A stretch of 64,000 nt of DNA from an uncultured Oscillospiraceae bacterium (GTDB lineage: Bacteria > Bacillota > Clostridia > Oscillospirales > Ruminococcaceae): assembly GCA_964371725.1 (NCBI GenBank), contig CAYJNQ010000004.1, positions 25,695 through 89,694 on the forward strand, written 5' to 3'. Shown here one piece after another: positions 45,112-53,780 of this stretch (its first letter is position 1; each line of letters begins with the position of its first letter). The position numbers and the translations under genes are program-made. The notes beneath the pieces are model-generated. The model was given only the letters and a program-made list of their open reading frames with translations. It was not told where the DNA came from and did no database searches.

Positions 45112-46542
45112 TCACAGCGCTAGTTTTTCTAAGATGATTTCACGGATTAAAATGGGGTTGCCATTTCCGGATGTTTTGAACATTACCTGCCCCACCATGG
45201 CCTTGAGAGCCTGTGTTTTACCGCTTTGGTAGTCACTTATCAACTTGGGTGCACCTTTTATCATTTCCAGAACCAATGGTTCCAAAACGGCCCTATCACT
45301 GATTTGGGCAAGTTCGTTTTCGTCTACATAGGCTTTCACACCGGCTGCAAGCTCTTTGCCCCACAAATCCTGCACAAGCTTTTTGGCAACACCACTGTTG
45401 ATATAGCCGGATGCGGCAAGCTGTGCTATTTCAGCGGCCACATTTTCTTTGATGGCAATTTTCCCTTTATCTCGTTCCATCCTTTTCAGCATGTCTCCAA
45501 TCAGTAGATTGGCCAAGGTTTTGGGATGCTCTGTTTGCTTTACAGCTCTTTCAAAATAATCGGCTGTTTCAATGTCATTCGTAATGAGCTCGGCATCGTA
45601 GCCACTTAGGCCATACTCCCTGCGGTACCTCTCTTTTCGCGCATCCGGTAAGCGCGGAATGCCCAATGCCAGCTCATCCAACTTTTGCTGTGAACTGATG
45701 ATGGGGGCAAGGTCCGGGTCCGGAAAATAGCGATAGTCACTCGAATCTTCCTTTTGGCGCATGGAAACGGTTTTGCCGCTTTTGGGCTCGAAGCGGCGCG
45801 TTTCCGGCACCACAGCCGCACCACTTTCCAGCAACTCTATTTGGCGCTTGTATTCATATTCAATGGCCTTTAAAACAAACTGAAAAGAGTTTAGGTTTTT
45901 CACCTCGGTGCGTGTACCAAACTGCTTTTCTCCACGCTTTCTCACTGAAAGGTTCACATCACAGCGCAAAGAACCCTCATTCATCTTGCAATCTGACACG
46001 CCGACATACAAAAGAATGGCCCGTAATTTTTTAAAATAGGCCACTGCCTCTTCGGCCGAGCGCATGTCGGGCTCTGACACAATTTCAATGAGAGGCACAC
46101 CGCAGCGATTGCAATCTATCAAAGTACCCAGCTCTTCATCATGCATCAGTTTGCCCGCATCTTCCTCGATATGAATGCGTGTAATGCCAATGATTTTATG
46201 ATTTTCGGCAGTTTCAATTTCAATTTCTCCACCATAGCACAGCGGCAAATCATACTGCGAAATCTGATAAGCTTTTGGCAAATCCGGGTAAAAATAGTTT
46301 TTTCTATCCTGCTTTGAAAATTGGTTGATGTTGCATTTTGTGGCAATTCCCACTTTGATGGCTGCGTTGACCACCGCCTCGTTCAACACGGGCAAGGTTC
46401 CCGGCATGCCTAGGCACACCGGACAAACCTGGGTGTTTGGCTCTGCCCCAAAAGCCGTGGAACATCCGCAAAATATTTTGGTTTTTGTGTTGAGCTCGCA
46501 ATGTATTTCCAGCCCAATCACCATTTCGTAGTTTTGTATCAT
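45112..46542 (-). CDS. gatB: Asp-tRNA(Asn)/Glu-tRNA(Gln) amidotransferase subunit B
   Basis: YEMVIGLEIHCELNTKTKIFC... Confidence 0.95.
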   Translation of the reverse strand: MIQNYEMVIGLEIHCELNTKTKIFCGCSTAFGAEPNTQVCPVCLGMPGTLPVLNEAVVNAAIKVGIATKCNINQFSKQDRKNYFYPDLPKAYQISQYDLPLCYGGEIEIETAENHKIIGITRIHIEEDAGKLMHDEELGTLIDCNRCGVPLIEIVSEPDMRSAEEAVAYFKKLRAILLYVGVSDCKMNEGSLRCDVNLSVRKRGEKQFGTRTEVKNLNSFQFVLKAIEYEYKRQIELLESGAAVVPETRRFEPKSGKTVSMRQKEDSSDYRYFPDPDLAPIISSQQKLDELALGIPRLPDARKERYRREYGLSGYDAELITNDIETADYFERAVKQTEHPKTLANLLIGDMLKRMERDKGKIAIKENVAAEIAQLAASGYINSGVAKKLVQDLWGKELAAGVKAYVDENELAQISDRAVLEPLVLEMIKGAPKLISDYQSGKTQALKAMVGQVMFKTSGNGNPILIREIILEKLAL

Positions 46543-48014
46543 GCCGGTTGTCCCCCTGTTTCTTGCCGAATCGGATAAGCACCCGCCTGCCTTTCCAGCG
46601 CATAACCCAGCCGATACAATGTTCCCTCGCCAAAATGCCTACCGATGAGCTGCACCGAAAGTGGTAGCCCGAACCCATTTTGTCCAAAGGGCAGTGCAAG
46701 CGAGGGTAACCCGGCTATATTCACCGGCACTGTGCAGATATCCCCGTGATACATTTCCAGCGAATTTTTTATCTTTTCGCCTATTTTATAGGCAGCGCTC
46801 GGCGCCACCGGCGACAAAATGCAGTCAAACTCAGAAAACACCTTTGCAAAATCCTGCATCAACAAAGTGCGCACTTGCAGGGCTTTTTTATAATAAGCAT
46901 CATTATAGCCTGCACTGAGAGCAAAGGTACCCAGTAGAATGCGTCGTTTCACTTCTTCGCCGAAACCTTCACTGCGAGACTGCTTGTACAATTCTTCGAT
47001 GTTTGTGTGGTTTTTGCTTCTATACCCAAAGCGAATTCCGTCGAAGCGGGCTAAGTTCGAGGACGCTTCAGCGCTAGAAATAACATAATACGCCGGCAGA
47101 GCCATTTCTAACGACGGCAAAGACACCTCGCAAACCTGCACCCCCAACTTTTCATATACTTTGGCGGCCGAAAGCACAGCCGTGCGCACTTCCTCTGCAA
47201 TGCCCTCTCCGAAATACTCTTTGGGCAGGGCAATTTTCATCCCTTTTACATCCGCTTCAAGCGCGGCGATATAATCCTGAGCCGGTCGCTTCACGGAGGT
47301 GCTGTCTTTTGGGTCGTAGCCGCTGATGGCCCCAAGCACAGCTGCGTTGTCTTGCACATCTTTTGTAATCGGGCCTATCTGGTCAAACGATGAAGCAAAG
47401 GCGATGAGACCGTTTCGGGATACGGTTCCATAGGTGGGCTTCATGCCCACCACACCACAAAAGGCAGCGGGCTGACGAATGGACCCGCCGGTGTCGGACC
47501 CGAGGGTATACACAGCCTGATTCGCGGCCACTGCCGCAGCCGAACCGCCCGAACTTCCACCCGGCACATACGCTGTGTTGCGCGGATTTTTGGTTGTTTT
47601 GAAATAGGAATTTTCGGTTGTGGAACCCATGGCAAATTCGTCCATGTTCAGTTTTCCCAGCAAAACCGCTCCTTGCTTGTGCAGTCTTTTTATCACATGG
47701 GCATCATAGGGGGGCACGAAATGCTCCAGCATCCTTGAGGCGCACGTGGTTTGAATGCCCTTTGTACAGATGTTGTCTTTAACGGCACAGGGGATGCCCG
47801 CCAAAAGGGAAAGCCTCTCCCCCTTGGCCCGTTTTTCATCCATCTCCTTTGCGGCCGCACGGGCGTTTTCGAAGGTGAGCGTAAGATAAGCACCTATCTT
47901 TTCACCTGTGGACTCTATGTTTTGAATGTGACATTCGCACAGTTCCTCGGCAGAACACTCCCGGCTTTTCAGCTTTTCAGCAAGTTGTAGCAAAGTAAGT
48001 TTGCTGATATCCAT
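46539..48014 (-). CDS. gatA: Asp-tRNA(Asn)/Glu-tRNA(Gln) amidotransferase subunit A
   Basis: Amidase signature GGSSGGSAAAVA. Confidence 0.95.
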   Translation of the reverse strand: MDISKLTLLQLAEKLKSRECSAEELCECHIQNIESTGEKIGAYLTLTFENARAAAKEMDEKRAKGERLSLLAGIPCAVKDNICTKGIQTTCASRMLEHFVPPYDAHVIKRLHKQGAVLLGKLNMDEFAMGSTTENSYFKTTKNPRNTAYVPGGSSGGSAAAVAANQAVYTLGSDTGGSIRQPAAFCGVVGMKPTYGTVSRNGLIAFASSFDQIGPITKDVQDNAAVLGAISGYDPKDSTSVKRPAQDYIAALEADVKGMKIALPKEYFGEGIAEEVRTAVLSAAKVYEKLGVQVCEVSLPSLEMALPAYYVISSAEASSNLARFDGIRFGYRSKNHTNIEELYKQSRSEGFGEEVKRRILLGTFALSAGYNDAYYKKALQVRTLLMQDFAKVFSEFDCILSPVAPSAAYKIGEKIKNSLEMYHGDICTVPVNIAGLPSLALPFGQNGFGLPLSVQLIGRHFGEGTLYRLGYALERQAGAYPIRQETGGQPA

Positions 48015-48023
48015 TCCATCCTC

Positions 48024-48305
48024 CTATTCCATTACTTTTGGCACGGTGATGTAAGCTTCAAAACGGCTGGGAGCATTCGTCAGTAAATCCTCGCGCTCAT
48101 ACTCAAATTCCACTTCATCGGCTCGAAAAACATTTTCCGTTAACGTTGTATGGGTAGAGATATCGATATCATCGGCATCCACGTCATTCAACCGGTTGGC
48201 AAATCGGATAATTTCCTCCATCTCGATGGCCAGTGTCTTTTTTTCCATCTCTGTAAGCGACAGTCTTGCCAAGTGCGCCAGTTTATCTATATCCATTTTG
48301 GGCAT
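48024..48305 (-). CDS. gatC: Asp-tRNA(Asn)/Glu-tRNA(Gln) amidotransferase subunit C
   Basis: 93 aa (KLAHLARLSLTEMEKK...LRADE), with a GAGGAGG SD. Confidence 0.9.
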   Translation of the reverse strand: MPKMDIDKLAHLARLSLTEMEKKTLAIEMEEIIRFANRLNDVDADDIDISTHTTLTENVFRADEVEFEYEREDLLTNAPSRFEAYITVPKVME

Positions 48306-48467
48306 ACTTTATACCTCCTCTTTCTTTCAAAACAAAAGCGGTAACCCCACCTATGTCGCGCTTGGTTTGCAAACATCCGCACACGGCGTTGTCCTCTTCG
48401 ATTGGGTTTTCGTGCACTTCACCGTAACACCCTGTTCTCATTCTCATCTTCCCTTTCATTTGCAAAT

Positions 48468-48501
48468 AAAAAAGCTTTCGCCCCAATTCAGGGACGAAAG
48501 C
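48468..48501 (-). terminator. intrinsic terminator (11-bp stem with one G-U pair, then TTTTTT)
   Basis: Minus strand: GCTTTCGTCCC-tgaatt-GGGGCGAAAGC-TTTTTT, 76 nt after the lipoprotein stop and 165 nt before gatC. Confidence 0.7.
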
Positions 48502-48576
48502 CAGAATGCCTCCGCGGTACCATCGAATCCAAAGCCATTTCCGGCAGGCATGGAACGCATTATAATTTGTTTGTGT

Positions 48577-50232
48577 CTACAAAAGGTCCGGTGTCCAGCC
48601 TATGTCGCCACCGTCTGTTCCCGTTGCGGGGGGTGTTTCCGGTGCCGGTGCCGGTTCCGGCGCCGGGGTAGCAGCCGGTGCCGTGGTGGTTGTGGCCGGT
48701 GCCGTGGTGGTTGTGGCCGGTGCCTGCTGTGTGGGCTGATATGTTTGTTGCACCACCTCTTGTGAACGCTCTCTTTGAGAGAACGCACTGCTTGTACTTC
48801 CCGCTTCTCCCTCTTCCCCTTGTTCGGTTTCTGTGCCGGTTTGTGGCATCACATAGGGCACCACATAATAGGGGTCTTGCATGATATAGTCTTCTACACT
48901 GCCTGCCACATGCCAGCTTGTTCCATCAAACCATTCAATGTTCGAATCGTTCACGCGCACTTGTACCGTGGCCAAATCCAGCATCACTTCACCACTTGGC
49001 ACAGCATCCGGGGCGGGAACATAAGGCGTGAAGCTTTTGTAAGCGGGCATATTGTAAAACTCGTATGTGAATACATCCGGGTCAAAGGTCATTTCCGCCT
49101 GAGCGTCCATATCAGCCTCTTCTGCAAGGCTTGTATCATCCATGGCAAGGCTACTGTCTTCTGGCGGAAGGCTTGCATCTGCATCAACGGCACTTTTGTT
49201 GGTTCTCTGTAAGGGGCTTCTGTTCACCTCGGAAATGCTTGTATCTTCCTCGGCTGTGTCTGCCGCCTCCACAACCACCGGCACCTCTTCGGGCAAATTG
49301 CGTTGCAGATATTGCACGCCATCTTCTGCATAGGCATACACAATAAAGTCGTTATCGCCCTGTGGCTGTTCCACTGTGGTGCGTCCATCCTCGCCGAAAT
49401 TGCCTGTAAACGGCAGGGTTTCAATGGTGTCTTTTGTGTTGAACAGCGTGTACAAATCCACCGTTTCGCCCACACCGCCTTCGTTTGCCACATAATCGCC
49501 CACGACAAGGCCATTCACAAAATTTCCCTCTTCATAATAAACCGAACCCGTATTGCTAAGCAGTTGCCAAGACGTAAAGGGGCCATTGTATATACTTCCA
49601 TTGGTGAGTGTGGTGGTTAACAACTGTGCCCCCTCTCCGCTTTGGAAAAGGTAGGTGGTTTCGCCGCTTTCGTCTTTCGTAAGCCAAACACTGGTATAGG
49701 GCAGGGCGTTTTCATCGTAGCCCACTTCCAAAAGCAAGGTGCTTTGTGTGTCCGGGTTTTTAAGGTAGTAGTTTCTGCTGCCTGTTTGCAGGCGCGGCAT
49801 CATTTGTGTATACCAATCGGCATTCAGCAAAACAGCCAACGCCTCCCCTTGATATTCGGCAAGAGAAAGATTTTGCTCTAATAAGCGCATGTCTTCCAAG
49901 ATGGCAGCGCTCTCCTCTTCTGCATTCACCACGATGTTTTGCAAGGCTTCCAATGCAGCCACGTCGTTGTTTGTAAGGTAGGAAAGCTCCAAGGTATTGC
50001 GCTGTTTTTTAATTTTCCCCGCTTCGGCATAGTAACCGGCCAATGTTGCAAAATTCTCTGCACTTGGGTCTTCTATGATGAGCTGCTCGTAATGGGCGAT
50101 GTTTTGCTCAAGCTCTGAGAGTGGCGCAGGGCCTACCGATGTGGACGAAGAGGCCGGCTCTTGTGCACAGCTTGCCAGCAAAAAGACAAAAGCCAAAAGC
50201 AAGGGCAAAAAACAAATGGTTTTCTTTTTCAT
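48577..50232 (-). CDS. secreted lipoprotein with TPR-like N-terminal region and Pro/Thr/Ala-rich repeat tail
   Basis: MKKKTICFLPLLLAFVFLLASC carries a lipobox (LLASC). The start is trimmed to ATG 50232. The C-terminus is ...QQAPATTTTAPATTTTAPAATPAPEPAPAPETPPATG. Confidence 0.75.
   Translation of the reverse strand: MKKKTICFLPLLLAFVFLLASCAQEPASSSTSVGPAPLSELEQNIAHYEQLIIEDPSAENFATLAGYYAEAGKIKKQRNTLELSYLTNNDVAALEALQNIVVNAEEESAAILEDMRLLEQNLSLAEYQGEALAVLLNADWYTQMMPRLQTGSRNYYLKNPDTQSTLLLEVGYDENALPYTSVWLTKDESGETTYLFQSGEGAQLLTTTLTNGSIYNGPFTSWQLLSNTGSVYYEEGNFVNGLVVGDYVANEGGVGETVDLYTLFNTKDTIETLPFTGNFGEDGRTTVEQPQGDNDFIVYAYAEDGVQYLQRNLPEEVPVVVEAADTAEEDTSISEVNRSPLQRTNKSAVDADASLPPEDSSLAMDDTSLAEEADMDAQAEMTFDPDVFTYEFYNMPAYKSFTPYVPAPDAVPSGEVMLDLATVQVRVNDSNIEWFDGTSWHVAGSVEDYIMQDPYYVVPYVMPQTGTETEQGEEGEAGSTSSAFSQRERSQEVVQQTYQPTQQAPATTTTAPATTTTAPAATPAPEPAPAPETPPATGTDGGDIGWTPDLL
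48674..48724 (-). repeat. 2.4 copies of a 21-nt in-frame tandem repeat (encodes TTTTAPA units)
   Basis: GCCGGTGCCGTGGTGGTTGTG occurs at 48674..48694 and 48695..48715, with a partial third copy. It lies inside the lipoprotein CDS. Confidence 0.8.
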
Positions 50233-50245
50233 GGTTTCTCCTTTA

Positions 50246-52417
50246 TTAGGCGGCGCTTTGCATGATTTGGCGCAGGAAAACGTCCTCCGACGAACCCCCG
50301 GCATAGTAGCCGCTATTCACAAACTGCTCGGCGATGTTGTAGATGCTGTTGCTGCGTGGCGGGCCATAGAAAACATATTCTTGGCCGAAAGAATTCAAAA
50401 CAATGTAACTGCGGAAAGCGAATTCGGTTCTGTATTGGTCTGCCGGCAAATCCACAAGCACCGAGGTATACTGTATGCGCCCGTTTTCCACAGCAAAGAT
50501 GGCATCGCTAACACTGCCGTCCGCACGCATTTCAAACGCCATACCACCGGCCACTTTTTCGCCACCCAGCACAAAGGCGTGGTTTGCACGGTTGGCCTCT
50601 GTCATTACCAAAGTGCCATATTGTGCCACGGTAAAATTGCCTAAGCCGGTTGTGGCAAGGGCCGCTCTTGCATCTGTGCCAATGCCACTTTTAAACCGGA
50701 TGCCGGAATTGCCTGTGGTGCGTATCGAAAAACCGTGGTAACTTAGCAAGTCCTGAAGTTCGGGCACGGGTGTTGCCGTGTAGGTGTTCTCTGCATTGCT
50801 TAGTAACCACACATACATTCCCCGTGGCACACCATTTGCATCATATTGATACATGGTTGCCGTTCTGGCGCCTGTGCCGTTTGCGGCGGCAATGGCCTGC
50901 CCGTTCTCCAGCGTTGCGGCATATTCCACACCATCTAAATATATTTTGCTTGCATCGTAGTCGGGCGGCACGGTTAACGAAACCGTATTGGTGCCAACCG
51001 TACCTGAGGTTGTGCCGATGTGGGTGGAACCGGGCATCCCCGTGTACACAGGAATTTTAAACACAAAGGTGCTTTCTAACGCACCGGTTTCTGCGTACAA
51101 ATTTCGAATTTGCTTGCCCTCACTGCTGGGCGCAAACAGGCTTTGCATATATTGGTGCCAATACAGACCATTGTAGCTTGGGTCTACATCAAATTTCTGC
51201 AAATACAAGGTGTCTTGCCCTTGCAAAATATAGTTTTGGGATATGATGCTGGCACCGCCCTGAATGGATGAGGTATGGCTTGTCCAGCCCATTTCCCGCG
51301 CCTTTTGCAGGCCGCTTGTAATCACTGCCGTGGTGGTGCTGCCGGCGGCGCTGATATTATAATAGTTGTAAAGCCCCTCGTATCCGGGATATGTGCCGGA
51401 TATAAGCGTGGAACCGTGCACACCCTGTTCATGATAGGCACGGCTGGCCAAATGGAACGGGCTCACCCCCATGCTGCTGCCAATATCCCAAAACAACTGT
51501 GCATAGCTTCTGCCGTCTCCTGGAACGGTGCCGGCCATAAAGGAACCATTCAGCATGGTTTGCACAGCACCTACTGTATGATAACTCGGGTTAAATGTTA
51601 ACTGCTCGAACTGGAACACATAGGTGTCATCCAGCCAGTTGCGTGGATCCAAGTAATACTCCACCGCATACTCCGAAGCGTAAGACCACCCCTGTGTGCC
51701 ATATGGGGCAATCTTCATTTCATCGGAAAAAGAGTTTGGCACCAAACTGCGCGCGCCCTCCATCTGGGCGCTCACCACGGTGTTCCAGTCAAGCCCCGTG
51801 TTCATGGGCACAAATATCCAGTTCGGGTGGGCATTTTTCAGTGCCGTTAAAGAGGCTTGGTAAGAGGCCGGAAACTGCGCAACATCCGACGATACCGCCG
51901 AATAAGCCATGGCCATCATGGGCATGGGTGCAAGAGAAACCACATTGTGTTGTGTTTCCCACGAGAGGAAACGCTCGTCTGAAACCGCCAGGTTGTCCCT
52001 TTGCACATAGCCCTCTAAAAGCACCTCGTCTTGGTAGAACTCTACTTTTGCCCAAAGATTTCCGTATTCGTCGTATTCCATGCCCGTGATAAACACCTGC
52101 TGCCCACTGGGCACGGAGGCCACTTCCGAACCACTTTCCGAAGGACCGTCTTTTATAGAGTAGGTTTCACTTAAATACACAAGTGCCATAATGGGCCACT
52201 CTGCCACAATGGCCTGCAAATCGGCCTTTGCCTCTTCACTGAGGGCATGCTGTGCTTCGGCAGGCGTTGCTTGTTCCGCCTCACCCACAGCTTCCGAACT
52301 CACAACATCCGATGCAGGCTCCACTTCACCGGCAAAAGTGGGCAAGGAAAAGCTGCTTTTGGGCGCCACGATACCAAAACTCAACACCAAGCACAAAACG
52401 ATGGCTATTTTTTTCAT
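50246..52417 (-). CDS. secreted peptidoglycan hydrolase: signal peptide + SH3-like domain + GH73-type N-acetylglucosaminidase-like domain + ~300-aa C-terminal beta-rich region
   Basis: MKKIAIVLCLVLSFGIV is a signal peptide (start trimmed to ATG 52417). The segments YYLDPRNWLDDTYVFQFEQL and LASRAYHEQG...YNYYNI resemble the GH73 autolysin family as I recall it. Confidence 0.7.
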   Translation of the reverse strand: MKKIAIVLCLVLSFGIVAPKSSFSLPTFAGEVEPASDVVSSEAVGEAEQATPAEAQHALSEEAKADLQAIVAEWPIMALVYLSETYSIKDGPSESGSEVASVPSGQQVFITGMEYDEYGNLWAKVEFYQDEVLLEGYVQRDNLAVSDERFLSWETQHNVVSLAPMPMMAMAYSAVSSDVAQFPASYQASLTALKNAHPNWIFVPMNTGLDWNTVVSAQMEGARSLVPNSFSDEMKIAPYGTQGWSYASEYAVEYYLDPRNWLDDTYVFQFEQLTFNPSYHTVGAVQTMLNGSFMAGTVPGDGRSYAQLFWDIGSSMGVSPFHLASRAYHEQGVHGSTLISGTYPGYEGLYNYYNISAAGSTTTAVITSGLQKAREMGWTSHTSSIQGGASIISQNYILQGQDTLYLQKFDVDPSYNGLYWHQYMQSLFAPSSEGKQIRNLYAETGALESTFVFKIPVYTGMPGSTHIGTTSGTVGTNTVSLTVPPDYDASKIYLDGVEYAATLENGQAIAAANGTGARTATMYQYDANGVPRGMYVWLLSNAENTYTATPVPELQDLLSYHGFSIRTTGNSGIRFKSGIGTDARAALATTGLGNFTVAQYGTLVMTEANRANHAFVLGGEKVAGGMAFEMRADGSVSDAIFAVENGRIQYTSVLVDLPADQYRTEFAFRSYIVLNSFGQEYVFYGPPRSNSIYNIAEQFVNSGYYAGGSSEDVFLRQIMQSAA

Positions 52418-52588
52418 GGTTATTCCTCGCAAATTCAATCCAATGTAATCTTTATTGAGTGTTCTTATCGCACCCAACACATATTTTACCAATAATATCA
52501 TAGCATATTTTTGATTTTCTGGCAACAAATCCAAAAACCCTTTTTGTTGGCTGTGATTTCGCGTATCATAAAAAACCTCTAAACGCGA

Positions 52589-52840
52589 TTACAGCAGCGC
52601 AAAATAACCCATACAAAGCGAAACGGTTAGCAAAAGATAAAACCCCACTTGCATCCATTCTTTGTTCTTTAGACCGAGCAAAATGTTGAGCCCGCCCACA
52701 AGGATGACGGCCCCCACTGCCAAAAGCCAAGTAAACAGACCCCTTACAAAGATGAATTCCAGGGCGGCCAACGTGCCCACAATTAAAAAGGCAATTTGTA
52801 GGTTGTTTTTTGGTTTCACGTGGTTTTTTCCTCCTTGCAA
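52589..52840 (-). CDS. small hypothetical membrane protein (3 TM)
   Basis: 83-aa ORF with a clear hydrophobic periodicity. The overlapping 52566..52847 frame looks less protein-like. Confidence 0.4.
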   Translation of the reverse strand: MQGGKNHVKPKNNLQIAFLIVGTLAALEFIFVRGLFTWLLAVGAVILVGGLNILLGLKNKEWMQVGFYLLLTVSLCMGYFALL

Positions 52841-52886
52841 AAAACAAATTCGATTCCGGTATGCATTGTATGAAAAAAATGTATCC

Positions 52887-53528
52887 TTACAGCCTTTTCA
52901 AAATCTCCTCTTTCACACGATTCAAATCACTGCAAGTCAAAATGGGAATCAAGGCGTTTATCTCTTCTATCGGCTTGTTCCACCATTGAAAGCGGAGCAT
53001 CAGTTCAATAAGCTCGTCGCTCAAGCGCTTGCGAATGGGCTTTGCGGGGTTCCCCGCCACGATGGTATAAGGCGGCACATCACTACCCAAAACGCTGTAG
53101 GCCCCAATCAAGGCGCCATCCCCCACCTGTACACCCGGCAGTATTCTCGCATTTTGGCCTATCCACACGTCATTGCCAATTACCGTGTTTCCTTTTGTGG
53201 GCATTTCGCAAAGGGGCGGAACCGCTTGCTCGAAACCTTCAAAAATGTAAAACGGGAAGGTGGAAGCCGCATTCATTTGGTGGTTCGCACCGTTCATGAC
53301 AAATGTGACACCCGAGGCAATTTGGCAAAACTTGCCAATGATGAGCTTGTCACCATAGAAATCGTAATGATGTGTAACATGGCTTTCAAAATCTTTGTCT
53401 GAAAAATAGGTGAATTCGCCCACGATGATGTTGGGGTTTTGAACGCTCGGTTTCACATAGGTAACCGTGTCAAAACCCTTTACAGGGTACAGTACATCGG
53501 GGTTTGGTGTTTTTCCGTCTCGCATCAT
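52887..53528 (-). CDS. vat: Vat-family streptogramin A / xenobiotic O-acetyltransferase (hexapeptide repeat)
   Basis: IIGKFCQIASGVTFVMNGANHQMNAASTFPF...IGNDVWIGQNARILPGVQVGDGALIGAYSV...AGNPAKPIRKR...WWNKPIEEI is collinear with Vat(A-E) proteins as I recall them. Confidence 0.85.
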   Translation of the reverse strand: MMRDGKTPNPDVLYPVKGFDTVTYVKPSVQNPNIIVGEFTYFSDKDFESHVTHHYDFYGDKLIIGKFCQIASGVTFVMNGANHQMNAASTFPFYIFEGFEQAVPPLCEMPTKGNTVIGNDVWIGQNARILPGVQVGDGALIGAYSVLGSDVPPYTIVAGNPAKPIRKRLSDELIELMLRFQWWNKPIEEINALIPILTCSDLNRVKEEILKRL

Positions 53529-53638
53529 TTTACCCCCTTTTTATTGAAAGAAACAGGAAAGCGGCGGTGTAATTTCTCACTCCGCCGCATAAACCTTTCC
53601 AGTAGAATAATTGTATCATACAGGCCAATACAAAGCAA
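53525..53638 (-). promoter_or_regulatory. vat promoter (TTGCTT-17 nt-TGATACAAT) plus leader with hairpin and 21-codon uORF
   Basis: The -35 box is at 53638..53633 and the -10 box at 53615..53610. The hairpin is GGAAAG..GCGGCGG-14 nt-CCGCCGC-TTTCC (53600..53556). The uORF runs from ATG 53590 to TGA 53525 (MRRSEKLHRRFPVSFNKKGVK), and its stop overlaps the vat ATG (ATGA). Confidence 0.35.
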
Positions 53639-53780
53639 TCTTTCCTGTTCGATGCACAAGAGACCACCCCACTGCTCTCAAAAAAACGGTTCGAGTTCGA
53701 GAATGGACACCGTTCTTTATCTCGCCTTTGGCTATGTCATTTTTTGTATACTCTTAAGCTTTATTTTTCAGCAAAAATAT

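Noticed and set aside
48655-48725. Short tandem repeats that could be mistaken for a CRISPR-like or minisatellite element.
   Set aside because: There are only about 2.4 copies of a 21-nt unit with no spacers. The repeat is in frame inside the lipoprotein CDS and encodes a Pro/Thr/Ala linker.
52566-52847. Alternative 93-aa ORF overlapping the small membrane-protein ORF.
   Set aside because: It lies on the same strand in a different frame. Its sequence (MFFARRKKPRETKKQPTNCLFNCGHVGRPG...) lacks the regular TM pattern seen in the 52589..52840 frame.
53685-53714. Possible terminator after the MFS gene (AACGGT-18 nt-ACCGTT followed by a T-run on the minus strand).
   Set aside because: The stem is only 6 bp with an 18-nt loop, which is too weak to call. 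The vat promoter just downstream suggests a transcript boundary here, but I cannot support a terminator feature.
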